Shown here: in pieces, positions 10,516 to 20,542 of the stretch
Layout: each line of letters starts with the position of its first letter
Numbering within the stretch: the first letter of the stretch is position 1
Assembly: GCA_001275005.1 (NCBI GenBank)
Contig: JWZX01003132.1
Coordinates: forward strand, 1 to 37,243
Reading direction: 5' to 3'
DNA length: 37,243 bases
Origin: Chrysochromulina tobinii
Lineage: Eukaryota
Position numbers and translations under genes: made by a program
The notes under the pieces: model-generated
Told to the model about the DNA's origin: nothing
The model's input: only the letters and a program-made list of their open reading frames with translations
Database searches by the model: none

Positions 10516-11346
10516 TTACAAAGTGGCGGCGGGCGTCGCCGCCAGACCACAGCTCTGCCAACAGCTGGCGGCAAACCCTAACCCTCGGGAGACAAGTGAT
10601 GGCTTGAGGCTGCCGTGGTCCTCGCCCGCCACCTCGACCGTGCTCACTGCATGACCCAAGGTCGTCAGTAGGCCCGCCATCGTCTTTGCAGCCGCTGGGA
10701 TTCCATTGCCAAGGATCGGGTCAGCTTCAGCCTCGCCCGTAACGAACATAATCTTGGCTGGCTGCTTCGTCTGGCCACCCTTGCTAGCATCCCGAGCTTC
10801 ATCGAGCAACGCAGGGCACAGAGGAAGTGAGGGCGAGCCGAGCACAAGCACGTCAAACGTACGTGGCTGCGTGCCCGACGATCGCAGAAGCGTGCGTAAG
10901 GCGGCCAAGCTGCTCAGCGAACAGCCCATCACAGCGCGCTGCTCAGAGGTCAACGAGCAGCCAAGAAGAGCCTCAGCACGAGGCACAGCGTACTCAATGA
11001 GAGCATGGCGGAAGAAGCCATCCCGCTCGTCACGGAGGAAGTGCGCCCTCCGAAGCTCCCTGAGCTTGGCGACATCCCATCCGTCGCATGTGAAGTCAAA
11101 CAATGATGGGTCATGGCCGACGCCTACAATCGCGCAGCGCCGCATGTGCGATGCGCGTTCGTCCTCGTCGGCGTCATAGCCATACCGACCAAAGATGTGT
11201 GCACATGTTAGCGCAAAGAGCTCAGGCTCTGGGTCGAGCACGTAAAGGACACGTAGTGGCGCACGTCGACTGAGTGGTCGCGCGACGCTCAGCTTCAGGC
11301 TCAACCCGTCCAACTCCAGCACTTCGTGCATCGTTCGCCCCGCCAT
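10516..11346 (-). CDS. Alpha/beta-hydrolase, IroE/BesA-like putative esterase
   Basis: Motifs VLYVLD, IVGVGH, a nucleophile elbow GCSLSS, SPSL and a C-terminal GEDHGS (catalytic His region). Intronless. Confidence 0.65.
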   Translation of the reverse strand: MAGRTMHEVLELDGLSLKLSVARPLSRRAPLRVLYVLDPEPELFALTCAHIFGRYGYDADEDERASHMRRCAIVGVGHDPSLFDFTCDGWDVAKLRELRRAHFLRDERDGFFRHALIEYAVPRAEALLGCSLTSEQRAVMGCSLSSLAALRTLLRSSGTQPRTFDVLVLGSPSLPLCPALLDEARDASKGGQTKQPAKIMFVTGEAEADPILGNGIPAAAKTMAGLLTTLGHAVSTVEVAGEDHGSLKPSLVSRGLGFAASCWQSCGLAATPAATL

Positions 11347-11677
11347 CGTGAAAGTTCTCTCGCAACAGGTGTGAACGGATGGATGTACTGCAGAACGGAC
11401 GTGAACGTTCCTGGGATAGCGCCGTAGTGGGCACTTGCAGGCACACGAGGATAGAAGGTCCCAGGCTCGCGCGGGTCAAAAGTCACGCGGGCCCTTAGAG
11501 GTGCTCGCTCTCTTGCCGCCGTCGTTCGACCACGAGGTATACCACACCACGAGGTAAGATTCGCCAGAATTCCAAAATAAAGCAGCGCGCCTCCCACCCT
11601 CGCGCACTTCACGCCTCGCTTGGCTCTCCCCATCGTCCCTTTACGACAGCGGCGCTGCCCTTCCGAGGACAAAGGAC

Positions 11678-13966
11678 ATGTCGAAGTCGCAGTCGTCGAT
11701 GACGCCGTCGTTCGCCGAGGGCGACTTTGACGAAGTATCCGAGTCGAGTTCGCATGAACCAGTCAAATACAGAAGCAACGTGACCTCGCGTTCCCCATCG
11801 GTGGCCTCGGGGCACAGTTTTCCAGTTGACGGACCGTACGATCTGAGTGGCGACAGGCAAGCCTTCGTAAGCGAATGGGATCCTGTCGCAAGCAGCGGGT
11901 TGACAGATTCCCGCGGCGATGTGTTGCTTTGGAGCCCATCACACGAGGACGGGCTTGATGCCTTCTTGTCGGCTGCTCTTGAAGGCGGGTTCCTAAGCGC
12001 TGAAGCGAGATGCAGTCCGTGCATGGAGCGGTCGCTCGAGATTTGGAGCTCGCACGGCGCGCACGGCATCGGCGCGGCTCTTGCTGCCCTGAAGGAGGCG
12101 CTTGCCGTGGATAGATCAGCACGGCTCTCTGCAGAGGAGGTTGGGCGTCTGGGACAGGAGCTGCAGAGGTGCGGCAATAACTTTCGGGCGGTTGCTGCTG
12201 CCATTTTCCCAAATCTGGAGGCCGCCTCCGCCTCGGCCGCCGCCTCCACCTCGGCCGCCGCCTCCACCTCGGCCGCCGCCTCCGCCTCGGCTGCCGCCTC
12301 CACCCCGGCCGCCGCCTCGTCACTCGCTCGCGCACTGCCCCAGCTTGTGGAGTCGTATTACCTCGACCATTACCTGCAGCTCGGCTTCGCGCAGGACGAG
12401 ATGCGCTTCGCTTCGGTCGCCACGCTGCGGGAGCGCTCGCGACCCTTTGGGACCGGTAAGCCGCGCCGCGTGCCCGTCTCGGCGCTCACCGATGTGCCCA
12501 AGAGCTTGGTGGAGATGCTCGCCAGTGGAATCGTGCTGCCGGGCACCAATGTGCTCTCCACAGCGGGGCGCGCAGGACGCGACGCTTTTGCTGACCTCTT
12601 GCCCTCCGGACTCATCCGGTTTCAGCCCACAGACGGTGGACCCATACAGCTGCTGCGCACGCCCGCGATGTTTGTGCGCGCGGCCGCGGGCACATCGTGC
12701 GCCAACGGCTTGCGCCAGGTGCGCTACGACGGCGCCTAGGTGGGCCCTGCCTTGCATGCCTGTGCTCACCACGGCGCCCATTCCCCACAGGTGCGTTACG
12801 ACGGCGTTCCTCTCGAGCTGCTGCGTGATGCCGCCTTCGATGCGGATGCGGCGCTCGAGGCCGTCGCGCTCCAGGCGTCGATCAGCGAGAGTGGCGGAGT
12901 GCCACGCCCTTCGGCGACTGTCGCGCCCGCGACGACGAAGACGCCCAAGGCACGCGCCGTGCCGAGCACCCCCGCCAAGCGCAATCTGGGCGGCGCTCGA
13001 GGCGGCGCTTCCATAGCCATCGCGCCGTACCGAGTGCCCATCGCGCCGCGGCTTCCGATTGACGCCGACGAGTACGAAGACGACGACCACGACGACGACC
13101 ATGACGACTCCCGTCCAGAGACGGAGGACGAGCTGCTCGGAACGGTGTGTAAGCTCTGCGCGCGCGCCGACGACGAGCCGCGCATGCTGCTCTGTGGCGG
13201 CTGCGGGGGCGGCTACCACCTGTACTGCCTGAGACTATGCCTCAGCCAGCCGACGCTCCGAATGCCGGAGGCGGATGAGTGGTGGTGCCCGGGCTGCTGC
13301 AAGCGCCGTGCCGAGCACCCTTCACAGCGCCGTGCCGAGCACCCTTCACAACGCCGTGTCGAGCACCCTTCACAGGCCGGCGCGGGGCCGGCGCGCCGTG
13401 TTGAGCCGCCGTTGCCCGTCAGCCCCGCCCTCTATGAGGTCGAGGCGATCCTCGAGAAGCGCCACTCGATCGCGAACCCTCAAGAAGCCGAGCTGCTCGT
13501 TCGCTGGCGCGGCTACAGCGCGCTGCATGATAGCTGGGAGCCGCGCTCGAGGCTGCTCCGTCAATGTCGCGCCCTCGTGAGCGCTTTCGAAGAAGGAGGG
13601 AGCGCCCTCGTGAGCGCGCCCAAGCACGCGCCCAAGCACGCGAAGGGCTCAGGGCACGGGAGAGCCACAAGAGGAAGCGCGAGATGGCGGCGGGCGGCGC
13701 GGACGTTGACGATGACGCCTTTCACGGAAGGCTGGACGGCCGCCCTTACAACCGCCGCGCCACGTTGAGCGCCACGTGCACAAAAGGCGCGGCTGGCGGG
13801 CATGAAGCGACTCGACCTGCCACACCCTCGCTCCCAGCATCACTACAGCATCAGCAGCAGCCGCCGCCGCAGTACCAGCAGCAGCTACCCACGCCCTTTG
13901 GCGCGCCGCCAGTGGCGGCGTCCTCGGTGTCTTCGTGTGCACCCTTCGGAAATGGCAACGGCAGCC

Positions 13967-14014
<48 letters not shown>

Positions 14015-14397
14015 ACGCCGACGCCGAAATTCTCTCTCTCGCAGCAGAGAAAGATCTGGAGTACCAGGCATGTGTGTGCAGGCCTACGTGTGCCCTTCAG
14101 CCTCTCATAGTCAGCGGGCGTGCGCCTGCGGGCGAGGGCGTGCTCTCGTATTGCTGCCGTGACGTGCTGTGCTTTGCCGACCTCGCCGCCGACGGCAGCC
14201 TACGCACGCGCGCCGCCGACGGCCAGGCGCTTCGTCTGGCTTCGCCCTGCCTGTTCATGCACATGGTCCAACAGCGCATGCTCGGGGCAGCGGCCGCCGC
14301 CGCACTGAAGCCCGTCCATCCGCACAAGGCGCTCCACTACAAGGGAGTGCCACTCGACCAGCTGCGGGCCGCGCCACGCCGCCCAAGCCGCAGCTGA
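11678..14397 (+). CDS. Multidomain chromatin protein: ELM2-SANT, RAMA, PHD, chromodomain, second RAMA. Intron at 12719-12790; unresolved frame change near 13580-13665
   Basis: ELM2-like LLWSP..LDAFL and SANT-like LSAEEVGRL..CGNNFRAV..LVESYY. RAMA1 is LVEMLASGIVLPGTNVLS..ADLLPSGLI..TPAMF..NGLRQ|VRYDGVPLELLR. The PHD is CKLC..CGGC..HLYC..WWCPGC and the chromodomain is YEVEAILEKR..LVRWRGY..DSWEP. RAMA2, in the next frame, is LIVSGRAPAGEGVLSY..ADLAADGSL..SPCLF..LHYKGVPLDQLR. Confidence 0.75.
13304..13375 (+). repeat. 24-bp coding tandem repeat x3 (RRAEHPSQ)
   Basis: cgccgtgccgagcacccttcacag occurs three times with minor variants. Confidence 0.9.
13966..14013 (+). repeat. (GCC)n trinucleotide tract (poly-Ala)
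   Basis: Run of about 15 GCC units, directly visible. Confidence 0.95.
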
Positions 14398-15015
14398 ATA
14401 CTTCCGTAATTGCGACGCCGTACAACCGACGAAGAACGCGTTGGCAACACTCTGGATAGGCGGGCTTGGCCCCGAGGCAGCGAGAGGAGTGAGGTGGCTC
14501 CGCGACGCAAGGCAGATCGCAGCAGCGGCTCTCCACCGCTAGTGAGGTGCCAGGCGCCCAGGGATCGACGGTGCTCGCAAGCTGCGGTCGGTCGTGACTC
14601 TTGACTCGCTTTCGCGTGGGGCACTGTGGGCCGGTCTCGGGTCTGAGTTACGGCTGTCGCGACGCGGTCGCGGTTTTGTTCCGCCGACGCCAAGAGGAGC
14701 TTCGAGCTCGAGAGCCACGCCCAACCTCCGAACGAGGTACCCTCCAATCGGTTACAATCCGGAATTTGCGGTGCCGGACCGCACGGCACAAACATCAGCA
14801 CGTGTATCGAAGCTTTATGACGTGAGTGAGTCGTATCTTGGTCAAACGTAGTGATTTATCATGACCGGACCCGGTTACTTCTCGCCAGTCCATTAGCCTG
14901 AGCCGTGGGGAGCGCCGCTGCCGAACGCCTGTCGAGAATGTGTACCAGCGACCACGATGTGGCCGTCGCCGTTGGGTCGGCGTCGTCTGTGCATCGCCCC
15001 ATCGCAATCCATGAG

Positions 15016-16161
15016 CTACCCATGGACCTCAGAGAGGTCCTGGTCCTCCGGGTGGTAATACTCGGCCAGCAGCCGGTAGATGTAGCTCGTGTGCGAAGGG
15101 CCCGAGTTGGTGATGAGCAGCGCGACGAGCTCCGGTGGCACGTAGTCGAAGGCCGGGTTGGGCACATGGACCCCCTGCAGCCCCTCGTCGTAGCGCAGCA
15201 TGGGCTGCGGCGAGAGCAGCATGTTGAACGAGTCGGGGCCTGAGGGGAAGAGTGGCGTGAGCTTGTAGAGCCCCGCGCATGCCACCACGGGCACTGAAAA
15301 GTGTTGTGCGGCCAGCGCAAGCAGGTGCGAGCCCGCGGCCGCGATCAGGCCGCCGTTGGCCATCACGCCGTGCGCGCCCACGATGACCTTGTTGACACGC
15401 GCCATCACCGCGAAGACGGCCGCGTCCGCGATCAACGTCGTTGAGATGCCTGCCTCGGCCAGCGCCACAGCCATCTGCTGCCCCTCGCCGCCCGGCGCCG
15501 TCTCGGCCACGATCACGTCGAAGTTGCGCTTCTTGGCGGCGGCTTTGAGGAAGGCTTCGACAGTTGGGTCGCGCCCGTGCGTGAGCACAACCTCGTTGGC
15601 GTGGATGTGCTGGATCGCTTGCTCGGCGATGTGAGCCGATACTGTCGAGAGCTCCTCCATGACCTCGGCAATCCCCTCGATGATCGGACCCTTGAGTGCC
15701 TTGAGCGACTGGCGCGAATAGTCCAGCGCCTCCGGCGCGTCCAGCAAACTCATGAGCGAGGGACCGGCGACGTGCACGGTCTGCTCGCCGCCGCTCGCCG
15801 CATCGCCGCCGCTCGCCGCTGCCGCATCGCCCGCCTTGAACGGTTTGTTGCCGCCGTCGCGCGTCTCGTCACGCACGATCGCGAGCACGCGGCGGACCAT
15901 ATTGCCGATGACGAGTTCGTGCGGTTGCGCAGTGACCATCACCGCGCCTGCGCGCTTGATGAGCTTGATGAGGGAGTTCACGTCCGTCGCCTGCGCGGCG
16001 GCTGAGGTTGCCACGAGCAGGCGCATGATCTCAAGTGTCTTGCGTGCAACGTCGAGCGAGTTCAGCAACTGTCGGCGGCGGAGCTTGGCGAGGAGCTTGG
16101 AGATCTCCTGCTGCACGTTCGGCGGCAAGTCCGCCAATGGGTTGGAGCTGGGAGCAGGCAT
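15016..16161 (-). CDS. EIF2B2: Translation initiation factor eIF2B beta subunit
   Basis: Motifs AQPHELVIGNMVRRVL, HIHANEVVLT, DAAVFAVMARVNKVI, YKLTPLFP, NPAFDYVPPELV and SYIYRL..EYYHPED. The likely start is ATG 16161 (MPAPSS). Confidence 0.93.
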   Translation of the reverse strand: MPAPSSNPLADLPPNVQQEISKLLAKLRRRQLLNSLDVARKTLEIMRLLVATSAAAQATDVNSLIKLIKRAGAVMVTAQPHELVIGNMVRRVLAIVRDETRDGGNKPFKAGDAAAASGGDAASGGEQTVHVAGPSLMSLLDAPEALDYSRQSLKALKGPIIEGIAEVMEELSTVSAHIAEQAIQHIHANEVVLTHGRDPTVEAFLKAAAKKRNFDVIVAETAPGGEGQQMAVALAEAGISTTLIADAAVFAVMARVNKVIVGAHGVMANGGLIAAAGSHLLALAAQHFSVPVVACAGLYKLTPLFPSGPDSFNMLLSPQPMLRYDEGLQGVHVPNPAFDYVPPELVALLITNSGPSHTSYIYRLLAEYYHPEDQDLSEVHG

Positions 16162-16321
16162 GGCAGTGGCGACGATGGGAGTGCAGTGGGCGAGGCGACC
16201 CAGAGTCCCAGACTGGCCCACGTATTCACAGCCTACACCGGAGGTTTTCTTGCTTATTGTTTGCTTGCGCATTCTTTGCGGTCTCTTTTAATTAACGTTT
16301 ACCCGCGTGAAGAGCGGGACG

Positions 16322-17824
16322 ATGCTCTTCGGCTTGCTGGGTCGCGGAGTCCTGCCGATCCTTCGACTGAAGCCGTTCACGCTCTCGCTCTCGCTCAGCG
16401 CGCTCGCGGGCGACACGCTGTTGCCGGGCGACTTGCTCGTCAAGGAACACGTCGTAAGTGTCCCTGTGGATCATGGCGCAGGGCCCAGCGGCAGGTTTGG
16501 CAGCCTGGAAGTCTTCGTGCGTGAGATTGTGCCGGCGAGCAAGAGTACGGATGCCGACATGCCGTGCCTCATGTATTTGCAGGGTGGGCCCGGCTTCCCG
16601 TCGGGCCGGCCGAGCGCGCCGCCCTCTGGCTGGATGAAGGCCGCGCTGGGCAAGGGCTACCGTGTTTTCCTTCTCGACCAGCGAGGCACGGGGCGCTCGT
16701 CGCCCGTGACGGCGCAATCGCTCGCGACGATGAGCTCGCCTGCCGACCAGGCTGAGTATCTGACGCACTTCCGCGCCGATGATATCGTGCGGGACTGCGA
16801 GGTCGTGCGCGAGAAGGTGTGTAAGGCCAGGAAGCTCACGCTCCTCGGCCAGTCCTTCGGCGGCTTCTGCATCTTGTCGTACCTGTCCCTGTACCCACAG
16901 TCCATCGAGCGCGCCCTCCTCACGTTCGGCCTGGCCCCTGTGGGGCGGAGCGCCGACGAGGTGTACGCCAAGACCTATAAGCGCATGGAGGAGCGAAACC
17001 GTCGCTTCTACGAGCGCTACCCGGACGATGTGGAGTTGGTCCGCAGCATCGTGAGAAGCCTGCATGAGGCGCCTCAGCCCCTGCCGCGCGGCGGCACGCT
17101 CACGCCACGGCGCTTCCTGCAGCTCGGCCTACTTCTCGGCTCCGCGAGCGGCTTCGAGTCGCTGCACAACCTGCTTGAGCTCGCTCGCACACCGCCGCCT
17201 CTGACGGCCCCGGGCGCCGTACCGAGCACCAAGGCAAGCGCCGCCGCGCCCAAGGACCCTCTGCGTTTCTCGGCTCACTTCCTGCTAGCAGTAGAAGAGG
17301 CTCAGCAGCAATTCGAGACCAATCCCTTGTTCTGGATTCTGCACGAGTCCATCTACTGCGACGGCGGCGCTCACGTCGACGGCGCGCGCGGCCCCAGTTG
17401 TTGGGCCGCTGAGCGCATCCTTGCCACTCAAGGCGCTGCTTGGGACTGCACCACGCGACTCACGCCCGGCGCGCCACCGGTCTTGCTTACGGGTGAGCAC
17501 GTCTTCTCGTGGATGGCGGAGGACTATGCGTGGCTGCGCCCACTCAAGCCCGCCGCCGAGCTCCTTGCTGCCAAGGCGGATTGGGGGCCCCTTTACGACC
17601 GCGTGGTGCTCGGGCAGCGCGAGGGCCCGCCCGTGGCGGCGCTCGTGTCGTACGAAGACATCTACGTGGAGCGTGCCTTTTCGGAGGAGACGGCGGCGAT
17701 GCTCGGTGGCCGAGCGCGCCTGTGGATCACGAATGAGTTCCAACACTCGGGGCTGCGCGACGATCCGAGCGTCTTCGAGCGCCTCCTGGCCATGTCCAAG
17801 GGCGAGGTGGCCATCCCGTCCTGA
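16322..17824 (+). CDS. pip: Proline iminopeptidase (S33 alpha/beta-hydrolase), possibly with an organellar presequence
   Basis: Motifs YLQGGPG, LLDQRGTGRS, FRADDIVRDCE, GQSFGG, LHESIY, YEDIYV and TNEFQHSGLR. The first ATG is at 16322. Confidence 0.9.
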   Translation: MLFGLLGRGVLPILRLKPFTLSLSLSALAGDTLLPGDLLVKEHVVSVPVDHGAGPSGRFGSLEVFVREIVPASKSTDADMPCLMYLQGGPGFPSGRPSAPPSGWMKAALGKGYRVFLLDQRGTGRSSPVTAQSLATMSSPADQAEYLTHFRADDIVRDCEVVREKVCKARKLTLLGQSFGGFCILSYLSLYPQSIERALLTFGLAPVGRSADEVYAKTYKRMEERNRRFYERYPDDVELVRSIVRSLHEAPQPLPRGGTLTPRRFLQLGLLLGSASGFESLHNLLELARTPPPLTAPGAVPSTKASAAAPKDPLRFSAHFLLAVEEAQQQFETNPLFWILHESIYCDGGAHVDGARGPSCWAAERILATQGAAWDCTTRLTPGAPPVLLTGEHVFSWMAEDYAWLRPLKPAAELLAAKADWGPLYDRVVLGQREGPPVAALVSYEDIYVERAFSEETAAMLGGRARLWITNEFQHSGLRDDPSVFERLLAMSKGEVAIPS

Positions 17825-18057
17825 GCGCTGCGGGGAGCCGGAGTTCACCCGGATACGTCGGAGAACTAACGGAGAACTAGATTATGTGCGCTCTTATATT
17901 GACTAACACGCGGAGTCTACTCCTACGCGGTGGCGGGTGGGAGGTTGGTCTTGGTGGCGATGCGGCTGGTCGCGGGCGGTGCACTCGCGTGTTCAATTAA
18001 ATCTATCAAACTAGGCGTCTACAAACTACGGTATCATCTCTTGCTCGCAGGTGTCCT

Positions 18058-18333
18058 TCAGCTCTGTTTTTTGTCGACGGCCGGCGAACGCTGCGTACGC
18101 TGCAAATCGTTGATGCGGGCGCCATATTGGCGCCATGAGAGAATGATGAGCATTCCGAGAATGGGCAGCAGGCACAGCAGCATGATGCACAGCTTGATCT
18201 GCGTGTTCACCTTGGAGGCCGACTCGAGGGGAAGTTCACCCTCGAGCTTGAGCAGCTCATCGACGATCTCGTCATCGTCGTCGTCGACGAAGACGATGCC
18301 GCCGGATGCTGTCGGGAACGCGGGGTCTGTCAT
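18058..18333 (-). CDS. Small single-pass membrane protein, 91 aa, unknown function
   Basis: Acidic N-terminus, one hydrophobic helix (LCIMLLCLLPILGMLIILSW) and a basic tail. Divergent from UNC119. Confidence 0.55.
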   Translation of the reverse strand: MTDPAFPTASGGIVFVDDDDDEIVDELLKLEGELPLESASKVNTQIKLCIMLLCLLPILGMLIILSWRQYGARINDLQRTQRSPAVDKKQS

Positions 18334-18700
18334 GCACTAGCAGACGATTGTGTGCCGTCGTCGCGGCTGCGGGCGACGGCGGCGACCCGTTCGGGTCCCA
18401 CGAGAGTGAAAACCCAGGGATTCGGCGTGTGAATGAATGATTGAAGTCAAGTCATGTCAGCTCAGATTTCTGCTTTCTCGGTTGTTTTCGCCACGTTGAG
18501 TTCTGCTTTCTCGAAGAAGTGCCACGACGGCGGATCGCCTTGGCTCAAACGGCCCAGAAGAGGTGCGCCTTGGCCTTGACTAGGTCGATGCCGACTCTTC
18601 CGTGACCAGAGTGGCGCCTGGGAGGAGTGGCAGCCTGCTCTTGCCTGCCAGCCTGCACCACTGAGCCTGTTCCTCTCGTCCTTTCCTGAGCAGGATAGCC

Positions 18701-19916
18701 ATGGCCGCGGAGATGACTGACGAGGAGTGGGTTGGCCGCTGGGGCCTGCAGCGCGGAGCTACGGTGGGTGTGGATGACCATCTGACGATGATGCTGGCTG
18801 AGGATGAGTCGGGCACTCCCATTCTCATCCCGCCGCCCCCCGATACCGTGCTCACGTACAACGAGCCGACGCCAGGTGCGCCAGCAGCTCCGCGCACGAC
18901 CAAGTGGCCTGCGCTCGCTCTTGCGTGTATGTGTCGACCGCAACCGCACCTGCGGCATCATTAGCCTACGAGGCAGCCGACACGCAGTCGGCCGGCACGC
19001 ACCCACAGCCAGCCACATGCCGGAGCCACTTGCATCGCGCACGCTAAGCAGCCGTGTGTCATGTGCTCGGTTCCGCAGGCTACTGCTGCCCGCTGACCGC
19101 GAACACATACGGCATCGACTTCGAGCGATTCCACATCCGGGACATGAGCGAGCAGGACAACCTGAGTGGAGGCGCGATCCTCTTCGAGGAATGTGCCAGC
19201 CACGCGAACGCCATGAGCCATCGCCATCGCTACCGCGGCGGCTGACATGACGCCTCACCCCCGAGTGCCTCTGCAGGTGGCCAAGGATCCAAAGATGCCC
19301 AAGATCGACAACTCGATGATCCCTCCGGAGATGGAGGATCAGGTGCGGTGCATCTGCTATGACTTCGGCGACGCTTTTTTGGATTTGACCACGATCGGCA
19401 CGACGCTGACGTTCTCGATTGGCGACAACGAGGTGCCCGGCTTCCGCATGATCGAGCGCCACTACTTCCGTGATCAGCTGATTAAGAGCTTCGACTTCGA
19501 GTTTGGATTCGGCATCCCGAACTCGACGAACACGTGCGCGCCTGGCGCTCGAACCGCGAGGCGCCGTGCCGGTGCTCCTCAGCCCTATAGTCCTCTCGGC
19601 CGCTCTAGCAGCGCCTCTCGGCATCTCTAGCAGCGCCTCTCGGCCGCTCTAGCAGCGCCTCTCGGCCGCTCTAGCAGCACCTCTCGGCCGCTCTAGCAGC
19701 GCCTCGTTCTAGCCCCTCCGCTGACCAGGTGCTGCGTGCCCGCGACGAAACTCTCTCGGCAGGTGGGAGGCCATCTACGAGATGCCCGAGCTCGATGCGG
19801 AGACCAAGCAGGCGATGATTGACAACCCGTGGGAGACGCAGTCCGACTCATTCTATTACGTGGGTGACCAAATGGTTCTTCACAACAAGGCCAAATACGC
19901 GTACACTCGCAAATAA
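18701..19916 (+). CDS. UNC119: UNC119 (PDE-delta family lipid-binding chaperone); exons 18701-18875, 19079-19188, 19277-19533, 19763-19916; 231 aa
   Basis: The spliced product contains [68 protein letters not shown] and [21 protein letters not shown]. Confidence 0.92.
19592..19705 (+). repeat. 22-bp minisatellite (about 5 copies) in UNC119 intron 3
   Basis: Unit cctctcggccgctctagcagcg repeated with small variants. Confidence 0.9.
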
Positions 19917-20542
19917 GTGCCCCTCGCAGCAGCCCACCCTAGGAAAGTGAGGCATGCGACGTGCCCGTTGGCTCCCGCAGAGGAAATTGCCCGCGGGTGG
20001 CTGACCGCTCACGCCCTCACATCGATGCGATGTCGGCCTGAGACATGCGATGCGAGAGCGCGCGAGGGGTTCCTATGTCTCACAGGACACAGGAAGAGAA
20101 CCACACGGGGGCACACTGTCGCGAGGATAAGGATAAAGGAACCGAAGAGGATACGGCTTCTTCAAGGGGGCTGCTGCACATTTAAGAGCGCATGTGAGGA
20201 ACCGAACCATATGTTTCGGTCCGAGGGTGTACGGTGTGGTGATATAAAGTCCGAAGAGCGAAGTAGTCGACGGCTTGCGGCGTGGGTTGTACATGTACCG
20301 CGTAGTGTAACGAGTGTGCAATTCACACATCACAGGTCCCGGAAACACACGGCCCACACGCGACACGGGCTCAGAGAGAGTCTACGCACGTCGTCCCCGT
20401 CGGTGCTGACGCTCACGCTGGCGACACACAGGAGGACTCACAGGAGCGCAGCGCGCCGCACCGCCGCTGGTGTCCTACCCGGCGCGCACTGGCGGCACTG
20501 CGCTCCTCTCAGTGTTCCTTCGCTTGTGCTCCACAGTTGTGC

